Shown here in pieces: positions 40,113 to 49,863 of a stretch of DNA of 64,000 bases (the first letter of the stretch is position 1; every line of letters begins with the position of its first letter). The notes beneath the pieces were generated by a model. The model saw only the letters and a program-made list of their open reading frames with translations. It did not search any database and was not told where the DNA came from. Position numbers and translations under genes: made by a program. The DNA comes from Promethearchaeota archaeon (GTDB taxonomy: Archaea; Asgardarchaeota; Lokiarchaeia; Sigyniarchaeales; SOKP01). The stretch is from contig JAGXNO010000004.1 of assembly GCA_019894975.1 (NCBI GenBank), positions 1-64,000 on the forward strand. Direction: 5' to 3'.

Positions 40113-41204
40113 TCATAATAGTTTAACATCTGTTGCCTTAAAGTTTATGAATACTTCAGATCCGATTTTTAATTCTAAATTCTCTTTTGAAAGTTCAGTT
40201 ATTGTTGTTAAAAATTTTTCTGATCCACATTTAACTATTACGTGACAAATATTTCCAAGATCTCGAATATTTTCTATATTTCCTTTAAAAGTATTCCTAT
40301 AACTTGTATTTTTTGGGGGAGTTTTGACGAGGCCAATACTTTCTGGACGGATACAGACTTTAACTTCACCTTCTTCTTGGTTCGAAGTAGTAATAGTTAA
40401 ATCATTAACTCGTACAAGTGTTAATCCCGTAGATTTATCTAATTCTGCAATTCCATATAATATATTCTCATATCCAACAAAAAGAGCTGTAAATTCATCT
40501 TTTGGGGCTGTGAAGATTTCACTAGGGATCCCTATTTGCGAAAACTGTCCATTAGTTAGTACTGCTATCCGATCGGCATATTTAATTGCTTCAATGGGGT
40601 CATGTGTACTCATTATAATAGTTTTTTCTTTATCTTGTTTAATTTTCATTATAAATTCTTCTAATAATTTAATATTAATAGGATCTAAATTAGCTGAAAC
40701 TTCATCTAACAAGTAAATCTCCGGTTCGAAAATGAAATTCATTGCAATTGCTACTCTTTGCATTTCCCCACCAGATAAAGCTCTCGCATTCTTATTTTCC
40801 ATCCCTTTTAATCCTGAAAAATCTATAATGGTATTAACAGCTTCTGAATATTCATTATACTTAATCCCACGTATTTTTAAACCATATGCTATATTATTGA
40901 ATACGGAAGTATTTCGGACTACCGGTTTTTGTCTAACAAATGAGAGATTTCTTCGAAAACTTATTTTTTTTTTTGGTGAAAATGTAGATATATCTTTTCC
41001 TTTGTAAATTATTTTCCCTTGTGTTGGTGATTCGAGTAAACCGAGAATTCTTAATAGCGTAGTTTTACCACTGCCATTAGGGCCTATTATAACAAAACAT
41101 TCACCTTTTTTGACGGAAAAACTGATATTAGAAAGGACTTTAACTGAGGTTTTATCTTCTTTATAATATTCTTTATGAAGATTTTCAATTTCAAGTAAAT
41201 CCAT
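40113..41204 (-). CDS. tupC: Tungstate ABC transporter ATPase with TOBE domain
   Basis: GPNGSGKT, LSGGE, LLDE and THD motifs; C-terminal TOBE; operonic with tupAB. Confidence 0.9.
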   Translation of the reverse strand: MDLLEIENLHKEYYKEDKTSVKVLSNISFSVKKGECFVIIGPNGSGKTTLLRILGLLESPTQGKIIYKGKDISTFSPKKKISFRRNLSFVRQKPVVRNTSVFNNIAYGLKIRGIKYNEYSEAVNTIIDFSGLKGMENKNARALSGGEMQRVAIAMNFIFEPEIYLLDEVSANLDPINIKLLEEFIMKIKQDKEKTIIMSTHDPIEAIKYADRIAVLTNGQFSQIGIPSEIFTAPKDEFTALFVGYENILYGIAELDKSTGLTLVRVNDLTITTSNQEEGEVKVCIRPESIGLVKTPPKNTSYRNTFKGNIENIRDLGNICHVIVKCGSEKFLTTITELSKENLELKIGSEVFINFKATDVKLL

Positions 41205-41205
41205 A

Positions 41206-41901
41206 TTAATCTCCTCTATTTTGTATAAGAGTTAAACCATAATTCACTATGAAAGCTATTGAAATAAGAATAATACCCAAAGCGATTGCCATTCCAAATT
41301 CACCCATTCGAGTTTGAAGTACAATAGAAGTTGTAAAAGTACGAGTTTCCCAGCGAATATTTCCCCCGACAATCATTACAGCACCTACTTCAGATATGGC
41401 TTGACCGAATGCTACTAAAAATCCCGCTATTATGGACTTTTTAGATTCTTTAATTAATTCCCACCAAAGTTGACGCTCATTAGCCCCTAATGAGAGTACA
41501 GTTTCCTTTAATACAGGATCAACACTTTCAATTGCAGCTTTTGCCGTACCAGTAATGATTGGGACAGCGAGGAGAAACTGAGCGACTATCATGGCACTTG
41601 TTGAGTAGAGTAATCCAAATGAGCCAAGAGGACCCGTTCTGGATAACATTAGAAATACAATTAAGCCCATTACTACAGGAGGAAATCCCATAAAGGTATT
41701 AATTAAATTACTTACTGTTTTCTTTCCACGAAACTCACGCAATCCAATATATGACCCAATTGGTAAAGCAAGCAATGCTGCAAGAAAAGTTGATGTCAGT
41801 GAAACTCGAAATGATACTTCTATAATCCCCCATAATTCGGGATCAAAAGTAACCATCAAGCGTAATGCTTCTAATATTCCCTCGATGATCTCATTTGCCA
41901 T
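41206..41901 (-). CDS. tupB: Tungstate ABC transporter permease
   Basis: PPVVMGL, SRTGPLG and AISEVGAVMIVGGNI motifs. Confidence 0.93.
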   Translation of the reverse strand: MANEIIEGILEALRLMVTFDPELWGIIEVSFRVSLTSTFLAALLALPIGSYIGLREFRGKKTVSNLINTFMGFPPVVMGLIVFLMLSRTGPLGSFGLLYSTSAMIVAQFLLAVPIITGTAKAAIESVDPVLKETVLSLGANERQLWWELIKESKKSIIAGFLVAFGQAISEVGAVMIVGGNIRWETRTFTTSIVLQTRMGEFGMAIALGIILISIAFIVNYGLTLIQNRGD

Positions 41902-41981
41902 AGTAATTGAAATCTTATTATTCTTATTTATTTTAACAAATAAAAAAATGAATATTGGTCAAATGTACAATTTTTAATCAT

Positions 41982-42998
41982 TTAGATTGAAAGCCCTGAA
42001 AATTCGCTATGATAAGGTGCCCAAAAAGCAATTTCAGTATCTGTGGTGGGGCAGCTGTGAGTCTCATTGCATACTCCAAAAGCCGAATGAAATAAGACAG
42101 CATTATTCCTTTTATAATTATCAATCAATGCCTGACCATAGGGGGAAGTAAGGAAACCCACAAACCTACAAGCTGCTACGAATTTAACATGTGGATGTAA
42201 AATGGGATTGACAGGGATTGCTCCATAAGGATTAAGTAAAAAATCTTCCCCTAAAACTGATTCAGCTAAAAGATTCAATGCCGTATAAGTGTCATTGAAA
42301 GAAAGCCATGTTCCCCTATCGACTAGGGTATATCCTCTATCATCAGCATCATTATAAGCTATAAGCAAAGTATCTCCCATCCCCGCTCCAACATCCTTAT
42401 AATAGTTAGTACCCGAAGTACTTGGATCCCAACCTATTAGAACCCATAGACTCAATTCTTTTAAATGTGTTCCAGAGCTATCTCCTCTTGAATAAACTGT
42501 TGTATTAAGCCCTACTGTCATTCCTAATTTCAATTTGGTCATTACGGTTGTAACATTATCATCAGGTAGTAGATTAGCTGGATTTGATGAGTGGCCAACT
42601 ATTATAAAATCATTGTACATTACACATGCTCGATGAACTCCATATGGTATTTGACCACCACTATAGTTAACAAACGTATCTTCTCTTGATCTTGAATGAA
42701 CAAGAATAACGTCTGCGTCTCCGCTTTGACCATAAGCTATTGCCTGACCTGTACCTACTGACAACACTCTAATTTTAATACCTGTTTCTTGGGTAAACTT
42801 TGGAAGTAAATAATCTAATAAACCAGAATCATAAGTCGAAGTTGTAGTCGCTAAGGTTATTTGATTTGGATCTTGGGCATTCATGTAATCGATAACGAAA
42901 TATGTTCCCACTGATCCACCAGCGATTAGTATAAGTGCTAGAATGACCGCAGTTTTATGCTCGCCTAAGAATTGTTGCGTTGATCTTTTTGTTGACAT
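41982..42998 (-). CDS. tupA: Tungstate-binding protein with an N-terminal TM anchor
   Basis: ATTTSTYDSGLL, VGTGQA, MYNDF, SRGDSSGTH and DRGTW motifs. Confidence 0.95.
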   Translation of the reverse strand: MSTKRSTQQFLGEHKTAVILALILIAGGSVGTYFVIDYMNAQDPNQITLATTTSTYDSGLLDYLLPKFTQETGIKIRVLSVGTGQAIAYGQSGDADVILVHSRSREDTFVNYSGGQIPYGVHRACVMYNDFIIVGHSSNPANLLPDDNVTTVMTKLKLGMTVGLNTTVYSRGDSSGTHLKELSLWVLIGWDPSTSGTNYYKDVGAGMGDTLLIAYNDADDRGYTLVDRGTWLSFNDTYTALNLLAESVLGEDFLLNPYGAIPVNPILHPHVKFVAACRFVGFLTSPYGQALIDNYKRNNAVLFHSAFGVCNETHSCPTTDTEIAFWAPYHSEFSGLSI

Positions 42999-43052
42999 TT
43001 TTTATTCTTTTTTTTTAAATTTGATATTCTTTCAAATGATTACTCCCATATA

Positions 43053-43080
43053 AGCGTTATTACCATCTAAACATAACGCT
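43053..43080. promoter_or_regulatory. ModE-like operator upstream of tupA
   Basis: Perfect inverted repeat AGCGTTAT-N12-ATAACGCT, 55 bp upstream of the tupA ATG. Confidence 0.75.
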
Positions 43081-43155
43081 AATTTTATAAAAATTAAACA
43101 CAGTGAAATATTAAAAAAAAAAGAAATTTGAAATTGAATTATTTGTTTGAAGCGT

Positions 43156-43494
43156 TTATACTTCAGGTGCTTTTAATCCTATCAATCCCATAGCTTCGAC
43201 AGCGTCATAGGCAATGTTGATTTCATAGTCCCACCCTTCGACCGCTTTAGCAATTAGTAACTCTCGATTGTATGCGATGTCCATTACTTCTTTTACTTTA
43301 CCTGGTTTTATGGAAGAAACAGAAATACTATGCATTTTCCCATTAGATGGCCACACTGCAGAGGGAATAAGAGGTTTACCTAAGGATCTATCTTCAGGGA
43401 ATTTCGCAACTGCTTCCTGATAGGCTTTTCCAACCTCCTCTGATTTTCCCGCTGGCCACCACTGTTCTGTTACAAGATACATTAAAATTTTCAT
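43156..43494 (-). CDS. Hypothetical protein (DUF3303-like ferredoxin fold)
   Basis: 112 aa; YLVTEQWWP...EA C-terminal pattern; GGAG RBS. Confidence 0.6.
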   Translation of the reverse strand: MKILMYLVTEQWWPAGKSEEVGKAYQEAVAKFPEDRSLGKPLIPSAVWPSNGKMHSISVSSIKPGKVKEVMDIAYNRELLIAKAVEGWDYEINIAYDAVEAMGLIGLKAPEV

Positions 43495-43620
43495 CTCCTA
43501 ATAATTTATTACAAAATTGGATTCATTTAGACAAAATGACTGATGCTATTTAATTGTTTAACATTTTAGTACAAACCTTAAATCCTAAATCTTTTTATAA
43601 ATATTTTAATTAGTAAGAGT

Positions 43621-44376
43621 ATGGCAACCTGGGGAGTCCACTTTCGCATTGCTGAGAATATTTTAAACATTTATCCGAAAATAAATCGGAAATTTTTTGC
43701 AATAGGTAATATTGCCCCTGATTGCGGCCTTCCTAATAAAGATTGGTCAGCCTTCACCCCACCGAAAGAAATATCTCATTTTTCAGCTGAAGAAATAAGC
43801 GACTTTCTCTTTATAAAAACAAATAAATTTATTCTAAATGATGTTAAATTTTATTCCACATACTTAAGGGAACATAATTTAATCTCCTTTCAGAAGGATC
43901 GCTCTATTCTTTTCGGATATTTCATTCATCTTATAACGGATAATCTATGGAATTATTACATTATGAAACCACTTAAGGAAAAATATTTAGATATACTTCA
44001 AAAGAACCCAAATTTTATTTGGGATATAAAAAGGGATTGGTATGATTTAGATAAGATATTTATAACAGAAAATAAAGATTCATTATTTTGGACAGACTTT
44101 CTTGAAGCAGAATATAATGATGATCTCCTCGATTTTTTCCCAAGAGAAGGAGTTAAGCGTCAACTGAAATTTATCAAAAAATTCTATCAAATATCTAATG
44201 AAGAATATATGAGAATTTCAAAAAAGGAATTCATTTACCTCGATAGAAAACAAATGGATAATTTTATTCAGAATTCCACAAACGTAATCTTGGACATTCT
44301 TGCTAAGATTTTTGAGAAGGATTTTAGTTTTACAGACAAAATTTCTGTTCTAGATGGGATTCTTATTTGGCATTAA
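43621..44376 (+). CDS. Zinc-dependent phospholipase C-family protein
   Basis: W..HFRIA, GNIAPD, SHF and GYFIHLITD motifs. Confidence 0.8.
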   Translation: MATWGVHFRIAENILNIYPKINRKFFAIGNIAPDCGLPNKDWSAFTPPKEISHFSAEEISDFLFIKTNKFILNDVKFYSTYLREHNLISFQKDRSILFGYFIHLITDNLWNYYIMKPLKEKYLDILQKNPNFIWDIKRDWYDLDKIFITENKDSLFWTDFLEAEYNDDLLDFFPREGVKRQLKFIKKFYQISNEEYMRISKKEFIYLDRKQMDNFIQNSTNVILDILAKIFEKDFSFTDKISVLDGILIWH

Positions 44377-44881
44377 AATCTAAAATAATTTTTTTTACCC
44401 ACTTTGTTGCTTTTTCTTTAACTTTATCTGGTTCATGCTGTTTTGGCTCTTTAAAACGGATTTCACCTAGAATATTTGCATTTTTTAATGCTTTTTTCAA
44501 TTTATTCATAGCTTTAATTCCATCTCCCTGGCTACAAGTCCAAAGTGCCATATTTTTGCCTGTTAGATCAAATTTAGATAAGAAGGAATGAATAGGGGGA
44601 GTGTATGTCCATGCCCATACGGGTGTTCCCAAAATTATCAGATCATAATCCAGAGGATTTATCTCAATGGGTTTTAATTTTGGCTTTATTTTCATTGTGG
44701 CTTGATAACCCCCCCAAAAGTATTTCGAGCCACTTTCAGCTTTAAGTTCTTTTACAGGTTTTAACTCAAGAATTTCTGAATCTATTGATTCTGCTATTGC
44801 TTCAGCAATTATTTTTGTGTTCCCTGTAAGAGAATAGTAAACAACTAGTATATTTTTCATATTTTTTTCACTTAAATTCAA
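44363..44881 (-). CDS. Flavodoxin
   Basis: YYSLTGNT and GTPVWA motifs. Confidence 0.9.
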   Translation of the reverse strand: MNLSEKNMKNILVVYYSLTGNTKIIAEAIAESIDSEILELKPVKELKAESGSKYFWGGYQATMKIKPKLKPIEINPLDYDLIILGTPVWAWTYTPPIHSFLSKFDLTGKNMALWTCSQGDGIKAMNKLKKALKNANILGEIRFKEPKQHEPDKVKEKATKWVKKIILDFNAK

Positions 44882-44942
44882 AAAACTATTGAATTGGGAA
44901 TAGTATCTAATTAAAATTAAAAAAGTAAAAAATAAAATAAAT

Positions 44943-45671
44943 TTATGGTAAAGTTACTGTATTTGTATTTTCATTAAGATTAAGGATTCCTTTAATGGCA
45001 AGTTGCTTGATGGTGCGTACCGCCATAATTGGCGGAACGTCCAGCAGTTTTTTAAGATCATCTAGCTTAGCAGAACCTTTTTCCATGATTGTGGCAATAA
45101 TATCCACCTCAATTATTTCCTCATCTGAATTTTCAATAAGGAACGCGGTAAAGAAATTCTCCTGTCTCAATTGATTAATTTTAGATTCTAACTCATCCAT
45201 CTTCTTCTGGTAGGAATTTTTCAGCTCAATTTCTCTGTTTTCATTTTCAACTGTTTTTTGATCTAATACAGTTTTTTCTTCTTCTTTTGAAGTAATCTTT
45301 TCGTTTATAGAACTCAATTTATCTTCCAACTGAGTATGCTCAAATGCCGGTTTTTTTAAATCATTAACGCTAGTCTCCAAAGTATTTGTTAGTTCTGAAA
45401 TTTTTGAAGTTAATTCATCTTTTTTAGCGTTTAATCCTGCCATAGTAGTATCTAATTCCTCTGATTTCGTTCTTAATTCAGTTAATTCAGAATTTTGAGC
45501 CGATAATCTATCTTTAATAGTGTCTTCTTCTTTTTGTTCAGCCTGCATAAATTTCCATGCTTCTCTTAATTGAGAAAGAACTTCCTCGTTATGTTTTTGC
45601 AGAACTTGCCAATATGTATCATAGGCGGTCTCAAATTGTTCGATTAATGCTAAAATTTCTTGTGAACTCAT
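44943..45671 (-). CDS. Coiled-coil protein with a C-terminal winged helix
   Basis: ~170 aa heptad region, then KGSAKLDDLKKLLDVPPIMAVRTIKQLAIKGIL. Confidence 0.75.
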   Translation of the reverse strand: MSSQEILALIEQFETAYDTYWQVLQKHNEEVLSQLREAWKFMQAEQKEEDTIKDRLSAQNSELTELRTKSEELDTTMAGLNAKKDELTSKISELTNTLETSVNDLKKPAFEHTQLEDKLSSINEKITSKEEEKTVLDQKTVENENREIELKNSYQKKMDELESKINQLRQENFFTAFLIENSDEEIIEVDIIATIMEKGSAKLDDLKKLLDVPPIMAVRTIKQLAIKGILNLNENTNTVTLP

Positions 45672-46417
45672 TAGAAATCAACCTCCCCTTTTAATGTTAC
45701 AGTTCCACTTCCTTCATCATACTCAATTGGTCCATTCTTCTGCACCATTTTCGTTAATATATTTCTTGCTACATCTTCCCTTAAACCCATCGCTTGGACA
45801 ATGTTCCTTAGTTCAATAGTGGTATTAGGTTGCAATGCTTGTATAAGTTTTAATTGGGCAGATTGGATATAACCAGCTTTGATCAATGACTTCATAGCGG
45901 CAGCCCGTATAGCATATGAATTACTAAAATTCTCCTTTTTATTATATTCCTCTTGAAGTTCTCCTCCCAGTTCATTCATTTTGTTATCGAACTTCTCTTG
46001 AATATCTTTTAACTCTACAAGTCGATTTTCTAATTCTTGTAGTCGACTACTTCGAGTTGCTAATTCTTCTTTTCGGGTTGTAATTTTTGTTTGAGTTTCA
46101 GCTAATTCATTTTGTGCACCTTGGATTTTATCTAGAAGTGTTTGTCGTTGATTGTTAAGCTCAGCATTATTTTCTTCTAAGGAAGTAATATCTCGTTGAT
46201 TCTGAGAAATCTTATTTTTCAATGAATTGATTTCATCATCATTAGTTTCAATAGTTTTTAAATCGGTTGTTTTAGTTTCTTCAAGTTTCCCAATCTGCTC
46301 TAGTAGATTACTGGGCTGTGTTTGCAATTTAGGAATTGAATCTGAGTTTAATCCATTAAGTTCCTCAATGATTGTGAGTATTTTCTTTAAGGATGATTTT
46401 GTATCAGTAAGACTCAT
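45671..46417 (-). CDS. Coiled-coil protein with a C-terminal winged helix
   Basis: ~170 aa heptad region, then IELRNIVQAMGLREDVARNILTKMV; TAATG overlap with the next gene. Confidence 0.75.
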   Translation of the reverse strand: MSLTDTKSSLKKILTIIEELNGLNSDSIPKLQTQPSNLLEQIGKLEETKTTDLKTIETNDDEINSLKNKISQNQRDITSLEENNAELNNQRQTLLDKIQGAQNELAETQTKITTRKEELATRSSRLQELENRLVELKDIQEKFDNKMNELGGELQEEYNKKENFSNSYAIRAAAMKSLIKAGYIQSAQLKLIQALQPNTTIELRNIVQAMGLREDVARNILTKMVQKNGPIEYDEGSGTVTLKGEVDF

Positions 46418-46619
46418 ATTTATCTCTCTTCTTTAAAATGATTTATAAAATAATAGTGGGGAGATTAATAAATTCTCTCTAATCAATAAAAACCATAGGA
46501 GGATTGATGATGAATCAAAAAAAAGATATAACTGTAGAATTATTTTCATTTAATACTAAAACATTTTTAAATTCAAGCTTGAATTAATTAATATAACATA
46601 TTAAGTTTTAGAAACCTAA

Positions 46620-46811
46620 ATGAACGAAATTAAGAAGCTTTTAGGATTAATCGGTATTATCCTCTTAGGATGTGGAATTTTCTCAATATTCTTAAATATC
46701 TATATTTTTGGTTTGTCTTTTTTTTCTTTTAATATAGGTATGGTCATTACTCTTTCATTATCAATTGGGGGTATATTAGTATTAATATGGGGGATAAGGA
46801 TTAAACTATAA
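46620..46811 (+). CDS. Small 2-TM membrane protein
   Basis: Two hydrophobic helices in 63 aa. Confidence 0.55.
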   Translation: MNEIKKLLGLIGIILLGCGIFSIFLNIYIFGLSFFSFNIGMVITLSLSIGGILVLIWGIRIKL

Positions 46812-46884
46812 TACCTTCTTTCAATTTGATTCATAATCCGTTTATTAAGTCTGTTAAGATTATAAATTTTGATTTTTCGAAACT

Positions 46885-48219
46885 TTGGAATTGAGGGAAA
46901 TCGATAATAAAGTCTTAATTAAATCAAAATTTAAGTTACCATACGGGACTAACCTTGGAAGTAAATGGGGATTTAAACTGTCAAATTCGACTACTAAAGA
47001 TAAGAAGTTCAATAAACATCTCCCTATTATTCTTCTGATCATGTTCACAGAAACATTAGGCTTCAGTATCGTTCTACCCGTTTTACCGCATTTGGGGCTC
47101 TCGTTAGGGTTAAATTTCTTTCAAATTGGGTTAATATCAAGTATTTTTAGTTTTTGTCAGCTTTTTGCTAGCCCGATTACAGGTAAACTTAGTGATAGAT
47201 TCGGGAGAAAACCAATCTTAATATTTAGCCAGTCAAGTACCTTTTTAGGATTCCTTCTCCTTGGAATGGTTGACACAGTATGGATATTAATATTAGCACG
47301 TTTAGTCGATGGTCTACTAGGAAGTAATATGACGGTGACTCAAGCATATCTAAGTGATGTAACAGATCCTAAAGATCGAACCAAAACTTTTGGATATTCA
47401 AGTGCAGTTTTTGGTGCAGCTCTTATTTTTGGACCCGTTATTGGAGGAACTCTATCTAGTATAAATTATTCTATTCCAATGTTCTTTGCTGCGGGAATAA
47501 GCTTAATTTCCATAATATTAGTAATTATATTCTTACAAGAGTCATTGACTATTAAGAAAGAAAAATTTAACTTGAAATTTGAAGAAATTATCCCCATTAA
47601 AGAAACTAAACGGTTTTTTAAGTCAACCGAGATAAAAGGGCTTCTAATAATCTTTTTTATCTATAATTTTGCGTTTATGATCTTTATCTCTAGTTTTGCT
47701 TTACTAGCCAAAATCCAATTAGACGTAAATTCCCAAGAACTTGGTTTTTACCTAGCTTGGGTTGGAATTCTGCGTGTTATTTTTCAGAGTGCCCTAATAA
47801 CTCCCTTATTAAAAAAAATCAACGAAAATAATACATTGAAGATTGGAGTTTTAGCTTTAGTAATCACAATGATATCTTTAGTTCTAATTACAAACTTCTG
47901 GATTGTATTTATACCGCTAATTTTTCTAGCATTTGGATCAGGAGTTGTACGTCCTATCCTTACAAGTAAATTGAGTAAATCTGTCGGAAAGGAAGAAACT
48001 GGAAGTCTTTTAGGTGTGAATAATTCCTTTTCTAGTATAGCTCAGATCCTATCACCAATTCTTGGGGGATTAATTCTTGAATTTTTACCTTCTCAGACAC
48101 TACCGGCAATCTCAGCAGTACTTTTCCTCTTGATTTTTGTTTTCTGGCGCTTTGGATTTACTAAACCCATACAAGTTGAAGCTACATCACCAGTTAAATA
48201 CGAGAAAAAGAATTTATAG
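46885..48219 (+). CDS. MFS drug:H+ antiporter (TetA/DHA1-like)
   Basis: PVLP, GKLSDRFGRKP and GPVIGG motifs; true start probably CTG at 46978. Confidence 0.9.
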   Translation: MELREIDNKVLIKSKFKLPYGTNLGSKWGFKLSNSTTKDKKFNKHLPIILLIMFTETLGFSIVLPVLPHLGLSLGLNFFQIGLISSIFSFCQLFASPITGKLSDRFGRKPILIFSQSSTFLGFLLLGMVDTVWILILARLVDGLLGSNMTVTQAYLSDVTDPKDRTKTFGYSSAVFGAALIFGPVIGGTLSSINYSIPMFFAAGISLISIILVIIFLQESLTIKKEKFNLKFEEIIPIKETKRFFKSTEIKGLLIIFFIYNFAFMIFISSFALLAKIQLDVNSQELGFYLAWVGILRVIFQSALITPLLKKINENNTLKIGVLALVITMISLVLITNFWIVFIPLIFLAFGSGVVRPILTSKLSKSVGKEETGSLLGVNNSFSSIAQILSPILGGLILEFLPSQTLPAISAVLFLLIFVFWRFGFTKPIQVEATSPVKYEKKNL

Positions 48220-48235
48220 ATAAAACAAGTAATGA

Positions 48236-49075
48236 TTAAACTTCTTTTGAGATATCTTCTATAAAGGAATTTTTGTTAATCGGGCCATACGGAAGGTTTC
48301 TTCTTTGGATGACAATATTCAGGTGCTCTATCATTTTTTCTGCTAAATAATTAAAGTCAAATTCAAATGAGGTAGTTTTTTGGTAATATTTTTTTAGAAA
48401 TAAATTTATCAACTCAACCTTATGTCTTGGCTCACCCATATCAAAAAGGCCAGGATTAGTATCTAAAAGGGAACAACAAATCCACGCTAAATCATCCATA
48501 TTATTTCCTTCATAAGCGTCCTCAAAATCAACTCCATATAAAATTTCTTCTGAAAAATCAATAATAAAATCCCTAAGTCGAGTATCTCCTTTGTTTAAAA
48601 CGAAAGTTTCTTCCGTATTATATTTTCTAACTAGATTCTTTTCATGTAGTTGTGCGAGCCATTCCGCTAATTTTTCAATACTAAATATTACTTGATGTTT
48701 TATTTCAGAAGTTAAATCCCCTAAATCTATTGTGTTTTTTAAGTTATCATTAATGAAATCACACAAATTAACTCCCTGTACTTTTTCTAAGAGTAAGTAT
48801 GGTTTCTTTAAACTCAATATCTCCGGGACATGGAAGTTTTGATTTTTTAACCTATTTAATATATTATTCTCACTGACAATATTTTTCGTTCTAAAAATTT
48901 TAATTATAAATTGCTTAGGGAAATTTTTTGGCTTTTTGTCAAAAACAATATCGATTACTGTATTTTTCCTACTCTGCAATTTTGAAATATTATAATTCAC
49001 ATCCTTATTGCGAAATTCAGGAATAATTCCCCTCAAATCCTTAGCAATTTTAGAATTAATTTTTAGGAGACTCAT
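48236..49075 (-). CDS. Protein-kinase-like/aminoglycoside phosphotransferase-fold enzyme
   Basis: IIK, E, VPEIL, LLLEKV.G, KGDTRLRDF, VDFED and DDLAW motifs. Confidence 0.75.
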   Translation of the reverse strand: MSLLKINSKIAKDLRGIIPEFRNKDVNYNISKLQSRKNTVIDIVFDKKPKNFPKQFIIKIFRTKNIVSENNILNRLKNQNFHVPEILSLKKPYLLLEKVQGVNLCDFINDNLKNTIDLGDLTSEIKHQVIFSIEKLAEWLAQLHEKNLVRKYNTEETFVLNKGDTRLRDFIIDFSEEILYGVDFEDAYEGNNMDDLAWICCSLLDTNPGLFDMGEPRHKVELINLFLKKYYQKTTSFEFDFNYLAEKMIEHLNIVIQRRNLPYGPINKNSFIEDISKEV

Positions 49076-49195
49076 TACAACCTTACTAGTTTGACTTTAT
49101 AATAATTTTATGGACTAAATAACAATCTATATCTATAAAATTATGTATTATAGAATGCTTAATAACCGGATTTCATGAAGAAAGGTAAAATAAGA

Positions 49196-49753
49196 TTATT
49201 CTTGTTTTTCTTTAATTTTATTCAGGATCATCTCTTTAATATCAGAGAATTCAGGAACTACAATGATACCTTCCATTTTTTTCAATTTTTCTATGTTTTC
49301 AATCTCAATATCTCTGATTTTCAGTGTTAAAGGAGATCCATCTGGTCTTGTAGTAACAATTGGCTCTAAATCTTGGTCTGATGGAAATATATGTACATCC
49401 ATATCCCCTTTTACAGCTTGGGCAACACAATTAGTAATTAATGTATCTGCTATACCATGGACAATTTTTGCCACAGAGTTTGCAGAGACAGGACATACTA
49501 AAAACATATCATATTTACCTAATTGTAACGGTCCCGCATAAAAAGGAATGTTTGGTGTCTTTTCCACTTTTACTCTTTTTACCACTTCAGTTAGAGCTAA
49601 CCATTTTTTATACCACTTTACAACCGCAGTACCCTCTTTTGTTAAAATTACGGTTATATCGACACTATATTCCTCTTGTAAATCTTTCATTAAATTAATA
49701 CACTCATCTAAAAGGTATCCCGTTCCGGTTATACCCCACATTAATTTAAACAT
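49196..49753 (-). CDS. Archaeal flavoprotein AfpA-like (HFCD flavoprotein family)
   Basis: WGITGTG, GKYD and PVSANSVAKIVHGIADTLITN motifs. Confidence 0.85.
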   Translation of the reverse strand: MFKLMWGITGTGYLLDECINLMKDLQEEYSVDITVILTKEGTAVVKWYKKWLALTEVVKRVKVEKTPNIPFYAGPLQLGKYDMFLVCPVSANSVAKIVHGIADTLITNCVAQAVKGDMDVHIFPSDQDLEPIVTTRPDGSPLTLKIRDIEIENIEKLKKMEGIIVVPEFSDIKEMILNKIKEKQE

Positions 49754-49863
49754 ATGAATTCCTATGTATTTTATATTTTTTTTCTATAATAAGAAGAATT
49801 AATAATTTAAGCATAATAAATATTTAATGAGATTATTCTAATATCATTACGTTCAGAGTAAAA

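Noticed and set aside
44943-46417. SMC/Rad50 or ESCRT-III assignment for the coiled-coil pair
   Set aside because: No Walker, hinge or zinc-hook motifs, and no basic-N/acidic-C Snf7 pattern
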